This document shows positions 20,434-29,843 of a stretch of DNA of 64,000 bases, one piece after another. The stretch is taken from NCBI GenBank assembly GCA_963847075.1, contig CAWJYL010000002.1:1608121-1672120 (forward strand), given 5' to 3'. The notes under the pieces were generated by a model. That model was not told the DNA's origin and ran no database searches. It saw only the letters and a list, made by a program, of their open reading frames with translations. A program made the translations under genes and the position numbers. The DNA comes from an uncultured Acidobacteriota bacterium (GTDB lineage Bacteria > Acidobacteriota > Thermoanaerobaculia > UBA5066 > Gp7-AA6). Every line of letters begins with the position of its first letter. Positions within the stretch are counted from its first letter, which is position 1.

Positions 20434-22188
20434 CGTCTTCTGTCGGGTCCGGGAGGAGGGCCTCGACCTTTCGACGCAGATCATCGAGACGCGCGCGCTC
20501 CGCACTCACGGCTTCGGCGCCTGCCGACCGCCGGGCCCGAGCTCGTTCGAGCGCTCTAGCGGCAGAGTCGCAGACCTCGTGCAAACGCTCGCGGATTTCC
20601 GACTCCAGGCGCCGCCGGCTTTCGAGCACGCGCTCGTCGAGATCGTTCAGGACTCGTGTGCTGTTGTGCTCGAGGATCTTGCTCAGGTATTCACCAGCGT
20701 CGTGCTGTGCGGCTGTAATGGCGTGCTCCTTGTCGCGGGCAAGGTCGGAGATCCATGCCAGCGCCTCGCCGGGTGCAAGCTCGAAAAGCTCGCTGAAGAA
20801 AAAACGCCGAGGAACCCGAAAGCCCATCTCGGATTCGAGCGGGCGAGGAGGGTTGAGCGCATAGGCGTCGTCGGACCCCGTGAGGCGGCCGAAGAACTCG
20901 TTGCTGAGCTCCACGAATCGGTCGGTCGCTCGGCTATACATCGTCTCGGCCGCAGGTTCGACCTCCGGAAGCCACGCTTCGAGCGTCCGTCGAGCAATCT
21001 CGCGCGCTATCGCCGGGGCTTCCTTCCGGAGCGACTTCGTGCCTTCGCGGGCAAGACGGGAGATCGCCTTGTCGAGCTGGTATCTGGCTTCGGGCATCAC
21101 CCTGGCGAGAAACGCCTTGCGTCGCTGCTCGAACGCTGCCGAGAGCTTGTCCTGCTCGGCTAAAAAGAGGTATCCGAGATCCTGCGCTGCCTGCTCGGCC
21201 GCGGCTACGGACCGGCGGAGCGCCGCGATCCGGCGCTCGGACTCTTCGACGGGGCGAAGCAGAGCGGTTCGTTGCTCGTCGAGCTCGTTCAGCACCCATG
21301 CCGAGAGGCGACGCAACCCTCGAACCTGAGCATCGAAGACGAGGGCAGCGCCGGACCCCGCTGGCCAGCTTCGAGAGGCTGTCGAGGAGTTCGGGAAGGT
21401 CGCGGGTCCCAGTTCCGGACTGCAGGCACTCGGCGGCACTGATTTGCAGCATCGGCCCGACCGGTTGCCCGAGCCGACTCGCAAGGACGCGCTCGGCGAA
21501 TCGCAAAGCTTCTTCTCGGTCCTTCTCCCCGAGGCGGTCCGCTTTGTTGAGGACGAAGATGAAGTGCTTGACGCTCTTCGAGACCTCATCGACCAGATTG
21601 AGTTCATCGCCCGAAATCGGCGGATCGGCGCCCACGACGACGAGTGCCGCGTCGATGTGCGGGATGAACTGACGGGTTGCTGCCGAGTTGGCTTCGAAGA
21701 CCGAGCCGAGCCCTGGCGTATCGACAAGGCAAAGACCGGATTCGAGAAGAGGGTGGGGCAGGAACGCCTCCGCGCCGAGAACGCCTTTGATGTTCTCGGG
21801 ATTCTCTCCCTCAGAGACGAAGGAGACGAGATCGCCCAGCGCGATGTCCTCCCATCGACCCGAACTGAGCCGAACCCGAGCGCCCCGTCTCGTCCCGTGG
21901 CGGACTACCGTGACTACGGACGTAACCGGGACGACCCCAGCTGGCAGGACGGGCTCTCCGAGTATCGCGTTCAGGAGAGTCGACTTCCCGCGCTTGAACT
22001 GGCCGATGCAGGCGACATAGAAGAGACCTTGCTCCGTACGCGCGGCTAGCAAGCTGGCATCCGCGGCCGCCCTCAAGGCTCCAGCTCTCGGTTGCGAGAT
22101 ATGACAGGGCTTGCAGATGCGAGAGAAGATCGGGGCGCAAGGCGGCCTCGGCGGCAGCCGCGCTTCCGGATCTCACCTCGTGTGACAC
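20426..22188 (-). pseudogene. bacterial dynamin-like GTPase (DLP-2), frameshifted
   Basis: G1 IGQFKRGKSTLLNAILG, G3 LVDTPGLGS, G4 VLNKADRL. Frame change near 21355 in a GGGG run: ...LLDSLSKLASG, then GAALVFDAQVRGLRRLSAWVLNELDEQ.... The best start is GTG 22188, after GGGAGGAA plus a 6-nt spacer. It is in a third frame (MSHEVRSGSAAAAEAALRPDLL...), which implies a second shift near 22080. Confidence 0.7.
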
Positions 22189-22218
22189 CGATGATTCCTC
22201 CCGCGCCAGGCCTACGGA

Positions 22219-22583
22219 CTAGCCCGCGGTGCTCGAGGCAGACTTGCGTTTCGTCGGCCCGTATTTCAGGACGCGAGCCTTCTCGATCGTGACCAGCCCC
22301 TCCGAGACCATTTCGTCGAGGATTTTGAGAAGCCGTTCAACATGCTCCTCAGTGTCGACAACCTCGATGAGCGTTGGTAGTCCTCGGAGAAGCGCAAGAG
22401 GTGCGCCGAATGAAGGATGCTTCGGGCCCCGAAGCCTGCGATCCCATGAAAAACTGTGGCCCCCGCGAAGCCCTCCTTCCGGAGCTTCTCGAGCAGCGCC
22501 ATATGAAGCGGCTGATGATGCCACTGGTCGGACTCTCCCATGAAGATTCGAACCAGGACCTGGTCCCCGTCGAGGACGCGCAT
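22219..22583 (-). pseudogene. DUF190 family protein (CrcB-associated), frameshifted
   Basis: MRVLDGDQVLVRIFMGESDQWHHQPLHMALLEKLRKEGFAGATVFHGIAGFGARS...LLRFSED is in one frame. LPTLIEVVDTEEHVERLLKILDEMVSEGLVTIEKARVLKY is in another. The junction is near 22380. Confidence 0.7.
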
Positions 22584-22593
22584 GGTTCCTCCC

Positions 22594-22977
22594 CTAGCCT
22601 CCGATCGCCAGCTTCGCGCATCCGATGCCAGCAATCCCCGCCAGAAAACAAGTGACCACCGTTGCGAGAACGTTCATGGATCCGTACAGGACCGAACCGT
22701 CCTGGAGATACTTGATCGTCTCGTAGTTGAAGGTGGAGTACGTCGTAAAGCCCCCCATGACCCCCGTCGTCAGGGCCAGACGCAGCGTCGGCGTCAGAAT
22801 CTGCGTCGTCATCCCGATGTGCATGAGCACGCCCATGAGGAAAGAGCCGATGACGTTGACGGCGAACGTGCCGGTCGGAAACCTCGGGCCGAACTGCAGA
22901 AGCACCCAGCCCGACAGGATGTAGCGCGCCCCTGTGCCCGCCGCGCCGCCAAGGCAAATCCAAAGGAACCGCCCCAT
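22594..22977 (-). CDS. crcB: fluoride ion channel CrcB/FluC
   Basis: Reads MGRFLWICLGGAAGTGARYILSGWV...PTGTFAVNVIGSFLMG...TGVMGGFTTYSTFNYE, canonical CrcB (127 aa from ATG 22977). The longer ORF-track start at 23049 would overlap the riboswitch terminator. Confidence 0.85.
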   Translation of the reverse strand: MGRFLWICLGGAAGTGARYILSGWVLLQFGPRFPTGTFAVNVIGSFLMGVLMHIGMTTQILTPTLRLALTTGVMGGFTTYSTFNYETIKYLQDGSVLYGSMNVLATVVTCFLAGIAGIGCAKLAIGG

Positions 22978-23010
22978 TCCGACCCCCCCTGCGTTCTGGC
23001 TATTTGGGCC

Positions 23011-23096
23011 AAAAAAAACTCCTACGAGTCGTGGCTTCGTAGGAGTCATTGGCCGACCCCGTAGGGCGGGCGGTTCTGGCGGACTCCACCGCCTTC
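23011..23096 (-). promoter_or_regulatory. fluoride riboswitch (crcB motif) with terminator expression platform
   Basis: The minus strand reads AGGCGGUGGAGUCCGCCAGAACCGCCCGCCCUACGGGGUCGGCCAAUGACUCCUAC. P1 is GGCG/CGCC and the pseudoknot is GGAGUC/GACUCC. Next comes CUCCUACGA-agccacgac-UCGUAGGAG plus U8 (23047-23011), which overlaps the pseudoknot strand. It lies 33 nt upstream of the crcB ATG. Confidence 0.85.
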
Positions 23097-23178
23097 AGTT
23101 CAGTGTAACGATATCACTCGAAGCGAGATTTCCGATCGGACACCGGACTCAATGTGTCTCCAACTCGCGGCCGGGCAA

Positions 23179-23240
23179 TACGGACAACGACACGGACAAA
23201 CCGGAGGAGTAGCTCGAAAACATTCAGGAATTCGTTCATC
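23179..23240 (+). repeat. ssrA-associated att-like element, copy A (arm only)
   Basis: Reads ACGGACAACGACACGGACAAACCGGAGGAGTAGCTCGAAAACATTCAGGAATTCG, which matches the arm of copies B, C, D and F. The ssrA-identical 3' block is absent or unrecognisable. Confidence 0.7.
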
Positions 23241-23271
23241 GAGGTTGGGGCCAGGTTTCCTCTCCTTCGGC

Positions 23272-23631
23272 TCAGTAGAAAATGTACCTTACGCGGACCC
23301 GCAGCTTCGACCCTTCGGGGATCGCTTCGACGCTTATCTGCTGCACGTCCCCCCCGACTTGCCGCACCAACAGGATGCGTCCTGAAGGTTGGGGCCGAGC
23401 CGTGAAGGCTGGAAGCTGCTCACGGATCCACCTCTCGTAGTTCTCCCGACTCATCGCCGTTACGAACTCCCATCGAAAGGAGCTGTGCGCAAGGTCCCCC
23501 GCGTCAACAGACTCCGCGTCGGGAGGCACCGTCGAGCGCCGAACCTCCTCGGTTGTAGTCCCTTGATACTCCGCCTTCGTGCCCCTGGATCGCCAGAACA
23601 ACAGGCCGATCGAGGCGACAATGGCAGTCAA
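23272..23631 (-). CDS. hypothetical membrane-anchored protein
   Basis: 119-aa ORF with an N-terminal TM segment (IVASIGLLFW). Upstream (23632-23860), TM-like coding signal continues in other frames, so this may be the tail of a larger broken gene. Confidence 0.35.
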   Translation of the reverse strand: MTAIVASIGLLFWRSRGTKAEYQGTTTEEVRRSTVPPDAESVDAGDLAHSSFRWEFVTAMSRENYERWIREQLPAFTARPQPSGRILLVRQVGGDVQQISVEAIPEGSKLRVRVRYIFY

Positions 23632-23895
23632 GATGATCCCCCGAGTGCTCCCCGCCCCTCACCTCGAACCCCGACGCGAGCCGAAGAGGATCACGCTCAC
23701 CGAGGTCGCGAAACAAGTGAAGACTGCTCCTGCGAGAGACGCCGTAGTCACCCCGCTCGAGGCGAGCAGCAGCAGAGATCACGGCCGCGCCGAACACCTG
23801 CACGGTTCCGAGCGCAAGCCGGATTAACGCCCATCGTTGTTCCGGCATCGATCGAGGGCGCTCTCGCTGAGCCCTAGACGCGCTCGGCACGGCCC

Positions 23896-24393
23896 CTACT
23901 TCTTGCCGATCGACTTTGTCATCTCTTCGAGCCTCAGCCGGTCAAGTGATGCGATCGGAAGCGAGGTGAACAACCCGAGACGCCGATAGATTTCGACGGC
24001 GACCTTCTTGATCACTGCCCGTTTCTCTTCTTCGGTGCCCTGGACGGCGTCCGGATCCTGCGAGCCCCAATGGGCAACGATTGGCTGACCGGGCCAGACG
24101 GGGCACGACTCCCGCGCGTTGTCGCAGACGGTGATCACGAAGTCGAACTTGATGTCGCGGTACTCGTTCCACGACTTGCTTCGCGCCGCGCTCGCGTCGA
24201 TGTGGTAGCCGTCACTGAGAAGTTCGAGGACGTAGGGGTTAACTCGACCCCTCGGATCGGCCCCCGCGCTGAACGTCTCGAAGTGAACCGGGTCCAGACG
24301 CCGAAGAAAGTACTCCGCGAGAATGCTGCGGGCGGAATTTCCTGTACAGAGGAAGAGGATCTTGAACTTCTTCGGCTGCAAGAGGTCCGTCAT
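23896..24393 (-). CDS. arsC: arsenate reductase, LMW-PTPase (thioredoxin-coupled) type
   Basis: Intact 165 aa reading KILFLCTGNSARSILAEYF...ETFSAGADP...DFVITVCDNARESCPVWPG. Confidence 0.85.
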   Translation of the reverse strand: MTDLLQPKKFKILFLCTGNSARSILAEYFLRRLDPVHFETFSAGADPRGRVNPYVLELLSDGYHIDASAARSKSWNEYRDIKFDFVITVCDNARESCPVWPGQPIVAHWGSQDPDAVQGTEEEKRAVIKKVAVEIYRRLGLFTSLPIASLDRLRLEEMTKSIGKK

Positions 24394-24484
24394 GACGCCT
24401 CCTCGGCCGCGCCGAAGGCTAGCGCGGGAAACCTGTGACGGGTTGAAAGGCAGACGGAGCAGACCGGCAGAGTCACGGGCGCTC

Positions 24485-24901
24485 TTACCTCGCGCAGCAG
24501 GTCTGCGGCTCGCATGCCGTATCGGCCTCGATGTCCTCGATCACGCTGTAGACTTCCAACCGGTTTCCGTCGGGATCGCTGAGCCAAAACTTATCCTGGA
24601 GCGCGTAGCAGCAGGACTCACGCTTCTCCTCCTCGGTCACGACTCCCCGTCCGTCGAGGGTTCTTTTCCACCGGAGAACCTCATCGGAGGAGCCGACCCG
24701 AATGCCGAGATGCGAGAGGGCTCCCGAACCGTCTCCACGCCGGAGGCCGGGCTGCAGGGCGAGATGGATCTCGGGCTCTGTGCTCACGAACTTCGCGTAG
24801 TCCGATTTGAGCTTCTTCGGCTCACCGAAGAATCGCCGATAGAACGCCACTGACTCTGAGAGGCTGGAAACGTTGAGTGAAAGATGAAACGCAGATGGCA
24901 T
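24485..24901 (-). CDS. ArsI/CadI-family VOC (glyoxalase-fold) metalloenzyme
   Basis: Intact 138 aa reading FHLSLNVSSLSESVAFYRRFFG...HLGIRV..., with a vicinal Cys pair in ESCCYALQDKFW and a Cys-rich C-terminus. Confidence 0.75.
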   Translation of the reverse strand: MPSAFHLSLNVSSLSESVAFYRRFFGEPKKLKSDYAKFVSTEPEIHLALQPGLRRGDGSGALSHLGIRVGSSDEVLRWKRTLDGRGVVTEEEKRESCCYALQDKFWLSDPDGNRLEVYSVIEDIEADTACEPQTCCAR

Positions 24902-24957
24902 TTGCCGGCCTCCTATTCGATTATTCGCAAACTATCGATACGTCAGGGCAATTTTTT

Positions 24958-25265
24958 TAGACCGCCTTCGCGATCGCATCTGCGAGGCCCGCGATCCCCG
25001 CTTCGTTCCGGGAGTAGTACATCCACCGACCCCGCTTTTCGGCGTTCACGAGCCCCGCTCGACGGAGAAGGCCCATGTATGGGACACGGCCGCCTGTGAC
25101 AGTTCGACCGCCTCCTCGATGTCGCATGCACAGAGACCCGGCTCATTTCGCGAAATCAGCTCGCAGCACGAGCGACCCCTCGATTTGAGAAGGTCGAGAA
25201 TGCGCGAGCCGCGTCGGGTCGCCGAGAGCCTTGAAGGTCAATACCAAGTCAGCGCCGGGTTTCAT
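24958..25265 (-). pseudogene. arsR: ArsR/SmtB-family repressor, two frameshifts
   Basis: MKPGADLVLTFKALGDPTRL is followed in other frames by ILDLLKSRGRSCCELISRNEPGLCACDIEEAVELSQAAVSH and then MGLLRRAGLVNAEKRGRWMYYSRNEAGIAGLADAIAKAV-stop. Confidence 0.7.
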
Positions 25266-25299
25266 TGATCGAAAAGCATAGAAGTGTCGACTGCCCCTG

Positions 25300-25719
25300 T
25301 CAAGCCTTCGGAAGATCGAGTAGGAGAGGGGCCAACCGACTGCCGAATCTGGTCACGCACGTCGCGGAATTGCGCCATGCGCTCGTCGTCGGATCCCGCG
25401 CGGCGCGGCCGGGTCCGGCAGCGGCCAATGGAGGCGGTGGGCCTTGCCGAGAAAGACCGGGCACACCTCGTCCGCGCAAAGGGTCACGACGAGGTCCACC
25501 GTGTTGGGATCGATGGCATCAACGGATTTCGAGCGTTGCAGGGAGATGTCGATCCCGAGCTCGGCGAGGGCCCTGACCGCGAACGGGTTCACGGCCTTGG
25601 GCTGCGAGCCCGCACTCTTGTACTGAGATTCGACCGCCAAACGCCGCACGCGCAAGACCCTCGGCCATCTGGCTACGGGCGGAGTTCGCGACGCAGAGGA
25701 AAAGGACACCCTTCGTCAT
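25300..25719 (-). pseudogene. second LMW-PTPase-type arsenate reductase, at least three frameshifts
   Basis: The pieces [113 protein letters not shown] and LLLDLPKA-stop lie in different frames. ATG 25719 overlaps the upstream stop as ATGA. Confidence 0.7.
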
Positions 25720-25967
25720 CCGAGCCCCAGCAGCTTGCGGACTTCTTCCGCCTTCGGAACGCGCCCCGACAACACTACAATCCCATTCACGACGACGCCG
25801 GGCGTCGCCAGGAGTCCAAGCTCGACCATTCGTTCTATCGAATCGTCCTTCGTCACTTGGAAGGGCGCACCCGCATGTGTCACCACCTGCTGCACAACGC
25901 GGTACGTCTCCTTGCACCGGGTGCAGCCAGGCCCGAGGATTTCGATCTTGCGCATGCTGTCTGGCAT
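25716..25967 (-). CDS. thioredoxin-fold redox-active disulfide protein (ars-associated)
   Basis: Reads [29 protein letters not shown]...[24 protein letters not shown], 83 aa. ATG 25967 follows GGAGG. The upstream part of ORF 25716..26450 belongs to the broken permease. Confidence 0.8.
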   Translation of the reverse strand: MPDSMRKIEILGPGCTRCKETYRVVQQVVTHAGAPFQVTKDDSIERMVELGLLATPGVVVNGIVVLSGRVPKAEEVRKLLGLG

Positions 25968-26002
25968 GAGTGCCTCCGGGTGGTCAGTCATTCGGATTGG
26001 GA

Positions 26003-27105
26003 TCAGAGGATGGCGTTGAAGAGGTAGCCGACGAGAAGGATTCCCGTCGCGACGACGGCGAAGAACACGGCGATGAGCCGGCGCTTCAGGACCTTTCGAA
26101 GAAGGATCGCCTCGGGAAGCGAAAGCCCGATCACGGCCATCATGAACGCAAGCACCGTCCCGAGCGCCACTCCCTTCGCGAGGAGCACCTGGACGAGCGG
26201 TACGACACCGGCCGCGTTCGAGTAGAGCGGAACGCCGATGAGAACGGCGAGCGGCACGGCGAACGACGAGGACCGGCCATGAACGACGCCAGGAAGTCGG
26301 TCGGGACGTAGCCGTGCATGAGGGCGCCGACCGCGATGCCGACGACGAGGTAGGGCCAGACCTTCCCGACGAATCGCGTACCGATGTGGCCGCCTCGCCG
26401 AGGCGCTCCGCCCAGGTCGGTGCGCGGCCCGGCAGTTCGCGACCTCGCACGCGCCGACTGGTAGACCTACTCTTCTACGGAGCCTCCAGGTCGAGCCGCC
26501 CGATGACGGCTCCGGCGATCGTGGCGACCGCGAGGCCGGTCGACCAGATATAAGCAGGCGATCTTCCAGCCAAAGAGCCCCAGAGCAGGACGAGCGCGAC
26601 CTCGTTGACCATGGGCGCTGCGACGAGAAACGAAAACGTGACGCCCAGCGGCACGCCCGCTTCGACGAAGCCGATGAAGAGCGGCACCGCCGAGCACGAG
26701 CAGAACGGCGTCACGACGCCGAGCGCGGCCGCGAGCGGGTAGCCGGCCGCCTACACGCCTGCCAGCGAGGAGCCGGCGCGTCCTTTCGGGCGTGACGAAG
26801 GTGTGGATGATCCCGACCGCGAAGACGACGGCGACGAGAAGGAGGAACACCTTCGGGACGTCGTAGGTGAAGAACTCGACCGCCTCCGACAGGTGGCCCG
26901 TCGGCGGCAACCCGACAGGCCCGTGCGTGATCCAGCCGGCGGCCGTCGGGAGGATCGCGTAGAGGAGCAGCCAGGCGAGACCTGCGGCAGCGACGAGGGC
27001 GACACGGCGCGGCAGAGATGCCGGGGGCACCGCGGGCGGGGTGAAAACCGGCAGCGACAACCTGATGGAGGGGCGTTCGCGACGCGCCTGGATCTGTGCA
27101 GTCAT
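26003..27105 (-). pseudogene. DUF318/ArsP-like permease, at least three frameshifts
   Basis: The N-terminus (ORF 26467..27105 up to ...FVTPERTRRLLAG), the middle (ORF 26475..26714, TPFCSCSAVPLFIGFVEAGVPLGVTFSFLVAAPMVNE) and the C-terminus (ORF 26003..26257, PLYSNAAGVVPLVQVLLAKGVALGTVLAFMMA...) sit in different frames. Confidence 0.7.
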
Positions 27106-27151
27106 ACGACTTCCATGGTGTTCTGGCGGGAAAGCCTGTTCGGGTTAGCTG

Positions 27152-27573
27152 TCATGGACGGCTCGAGGAAGCGGCGGCGTCCCGGACCGGGAACCGGATT
27201 CCAAGGCGTGAAAGATCGAGGTCGACGCGACAGAGCTCTTCGAGGGGCACCTTGCGCAGCTCTTTCAGCAGCGTTCGGTCCTGCGCGACCATTCGGTCCT
27301 TTTCGAGGTCTCCCCAGGGCACGAGTGCCAGGGCTGCGTCCAGAGCATCGTCCGCAAGCCGGTACTCCACCCACTTCCCGTCCTTGCGCTCTATGACGAG
27401 ATCGCAGCGGCGCAGATCCGAGAGGTGGGCCGACACGGTGGAGGCGGCGAGCTGCAAGACCGCCGTCATCTGGCATACACAGAGCGGACCTCGTCGCAGC
27501 ATCGCGAGGATGCGCAGCCGTACCGGGTGAGCCAGGGCCTTGTGAATTCGAACGAGCTCGGGAAGCTTGGGCA
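27152..27573 (-). CDS. ArsR-family transcriptional regulator
   Basis: Reads MPKLPELVRIHKALAHPVRLRILAMLRRGPLCVCQMTAVLQLAASTVSAHLSDLRRCDLVIERKDGKWVEYRL. Intact, 140 aa from ATG 27573. Confidence 0.8.
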
Positions 27574-27644
27574 TTATTTCGTCGTCCCAGGAGGCACGAA
27601 GCCTTGCGGCACCGTCGCGAGGGCCGGTGGAGACGTTTGAGCGG

Positions 27645-28807
27645 TCAAAGCTGAGCCTCGAGGCCATCAGCCTCGACCTTGCCGCCATAGAACCTGCGAA
27701 GGAAGTACAGGCTGACGTGGACCAGGCCTATCAGCGCCGGCACTTCCACGAGGGGACCGATGACCGTGGCGAAGGCGACGTCGGAAGTGATGCCGAAGAC
27801 GGCGATGGCAACCGCAATCGCCAGCTCGAAGTTGTTACCCGAGGCCGTGAAGGCCAGGGTGGCGCTGCGACTGTAATCGCCCCCGAGTTTCCGAGCCATG
27901 AAGAAGCTGATCAGGAACATCAGCGCGAAGTAGATCAAGTCAGCGGTATGGCGATCCAGCAGCACGTTCATCGGAAACTGCACGATCGTTGTCGCCCTTG
28001 AAGCGTGAACATGATCATGATCGTGAAGAGCAGGGCGATCAGAGTGAGCGGCGAGATGCGCGGGATGAATTTCTTCTCGTACCACTCGCGGCCCTTAAGC
28101 CGGCACGCAGGATGAAGCGGCTGAGCATGCCCGCGGCGAAGGGGATGCCCAGGTAGATCATCACACTGCGAAAAATCTCGCCGATGGTGATGCCTGGACG
28201 ACCGCCCGCGCCCTGGAGACGCAGGCCGATGCCAGCGGCCGGCAGCACGGTCACGAACACCCACGCGTAAAAGTCTGTAGAAGAGGACTGGAAGACGCTG
28301 TTGAACGCGACCAGGCCGGCGGCATATTCGCTGTTGCCCCTCGCGAGCGTCATTCCAGACGAGCACCATCGCGATACAGCGGGCGATGCCGACCAGGATC
28401 AATCCGACCATTACTCCGGGTGGTCGTGCAGGAAGAGCGCCGCGAGGCACGAACATCAGGAGCGGCCCGATGATCCAGTTCTGCACCAGCGAAAGCCCGA
28501 GGATCTTCCAGTCGCGGAAGACCTGGCCCATCTCCTCGTACTTCACCTTCGCCAGCGGCGGATACATCATGAGGATCAGACCGATCGGCAATCGGGATGT
28601 TGGTCGTCCCGACGTCGAAGCGACTGATGAACGCCTTCGAGGCCGGCAAGATAACCGATGCCCACGCCCAGAACCATGGCGAGCGAAGATCCAGACCGTC
28701 AGGTACCGGTCGAGCAGCGAAAGTCTCCTGGCGACTTCCTCCCCGATCGGACCCTCCTTCCGCCCGTACTCGGGCCCTGTTGGCGGGGACGAGTTCGGTT
28801 TCATCAT
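27645..28807 (-). pseudogene. acr3: ACR3-family arsenite efflux transporter, at least five frameshifts
   Basis: The ACR3 segments LSLLDRYLTVWIF, FISRFDVGTTNIPIA, IGLILMMYPPLAKVKYEEMG...[51 protein letters not shown]...[36 protein letters not shown] and [19 protein letters not shown]...[13 protein letters not shown] alternate between the three minus frames. Confidence 0.8.
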
Positions 28808-28897
28808 TTCGTCACGCCACGAAATATAGATGGGAATGAGCGCCGTCGTCAAGATGCAATCGACCTATAGGTCTTCCCCTTCCAACGTCGTCGTTAT

Positions 28898-29005
28898 GCG
28901 GACGAGCAACGCGGACAAAAACACGGACAAACCGGGGGAGCAGGTCGAAATCATTCAGGAATTAGCAAGAATTCCCTGGGTTCAACTCCCGCCGCCTCCA
29001 CCATT
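28898..29005 (+). repeat. ssrA-associated att-like element, copy B (arm + ssrA 3' block)
   Basis: The arm is GCGGACGAGCAACGCGGACAAAAACACGGACAAACCGGGGGAGCAGGTCGAAATCATTCAGGAATTAGCAAGAATTCC. It is followed by GGGTTCAACTCCCGCCGCCTCCACCATT (28978-29005), 28/28 identical to ssrA 12673-12700. Confidence 0.85.
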
Positions 29006-29062
29006 ACTCCGCGCCTGCGGCCATGTATCACCTTGATGGTAGAATGCCATCGGAGTGATGCA

Positions 29063-29302
29063 ATGCCCAAGACCCTCACCGTTCGGATCGACGACTCCAC
29101 GTATCGCCTCATCGCCGAGGCCGCGGCCAGCGAGAACCGGTCCGTCTCCAACTTCATCGAGACCGCGGCCCGGCAGCGCGCCGTCTCGGAGATCTTCGTC
29201 GCCGACGACGAGATGCAGGAGATTCGCTCGGACCCGGCCCTCGGCCGCCGGCTGAAGAAGGGCCACCGGGAGGCGGCGGCCGGCAAGGGCCGTTTTGTCT
29301 GA
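29063..29302 (+). CDS. ribbon-helix-helix antitoxin
   Basis: Reads MPKTLTVRIDDSTYRLIAEAAASENRSVSNFIETAA..., 79 aa. It overlaps the downstream toxin gene by 8 nt. Confidence 0.75.
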   Translation: MPKTLTVRIDDSTYRLIAEAAASENRSVSNFIETAARQRAVSEIFVADDEMQEIRSDPALGRRLKKGHREAAAGKGRFV

Positions 29303-29576
29303 GTACCGCATCTTCGAGACCACGGGCTTCCAGCGGGACCTCTCGAGCCTGGGCCCCGAAGCGGCGAAGCGAGTCCAGGGAACACTCGCTCGCCGCGTCT
29401 ATCCAGTCCTGCGCGAAGCGCCTCACGCGGTCCCGTCGTGCGCGCGGCTCAAGGACTGGGACCCTCCCACGTGGAGAGTTCGCATTGGCGCCTGGCGGAT
29501 CTTCTTCGAGATCGACGACGCCAGGCGGATCGTCTTCCTGACCGCGGCCGATCACCGCAAGGATGCCTACAGATAA
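29295..29576 (+). CDS. RelE/ParE-superfamily type II toxin
   Basis: 93 aa with a TTG start. Reads ...LKDWDPPTWRVRIGAWRIFFEIDDARRIVFLTAADHRKDAY, the typical RelE/ParE C-terminal core. Confidence 0.8.
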   Translation: MSEYRIFETTGFQRDLSSLGPEAAKRVQGTLARRVYPVLREAPHAVPSCARLKDWDPPTWRVRIGAWRIFFEIDDARRIVFLTAADHRKDAYR

Positions 29577-29618
29577 CGCCATGATACTTGCCGGAGAGGT
29601 CGTTCTCGTCGCGACACC

Positions 29619-29843
29619 TCAGTCTTCTTCAGCTCCTCGAAGGCTGGAGATAGCCTTCGCCACCGTCTTGTCGCTCACGCCAAGATGCCTGGCGATTGCC
29701 ATAAGGCTCAACCCCAGGTCCCTTAAACGCCTCGCCTCATCGCCGATTCGGAGATACGCAGGCGCCCGCGACTCGAATAGGGTTGTCTCGAAAGCCAGTT
29801 CCCCTGCGCTTCTAACTCTTTGCGAACGTGTCCACCAATTCAT
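29619..29843 (-). CDS. helix-turn-helix fragment, possible recombinase/transposase relic
   Basis: 74-aa ORF. GLSLMAIARHLGVSDKTVAKAI is an HTH resembling resolvase/IS-type C-terminal or N-terminal HTH domains. No catalytic domain is present. Confidence 0.35.
   Translation of the reverse strand: MNWWTRSQRVRSAGELAFETTLFESRAPAYLRIGDEARRLRDLGLSLMAIARHLGVSDKTVAKAISSLRGAEED

Noticed and set aside
22978-23049. Longer CrcB start (151-aa ORF-track version)
   Set aside because: The extension has no CrcB similarity. It would be translated through the riboswitch terminator stem and U-tract. ATG 22977 gives the canonical 127-aa protein.
28978-29005. tRNA genes or tRNA fragments at the TTCAACTCC...CCACCA blocks (also at 32126, 36304 and 50296)
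   Set aside because: Only a T-arm and a 3' acceptor strand are present, with no 5' acceptor strand, D-arm or anticodon arm upstream. The blocks are identical to the ssrA 3' end, so they are better explained as att-site duplications.
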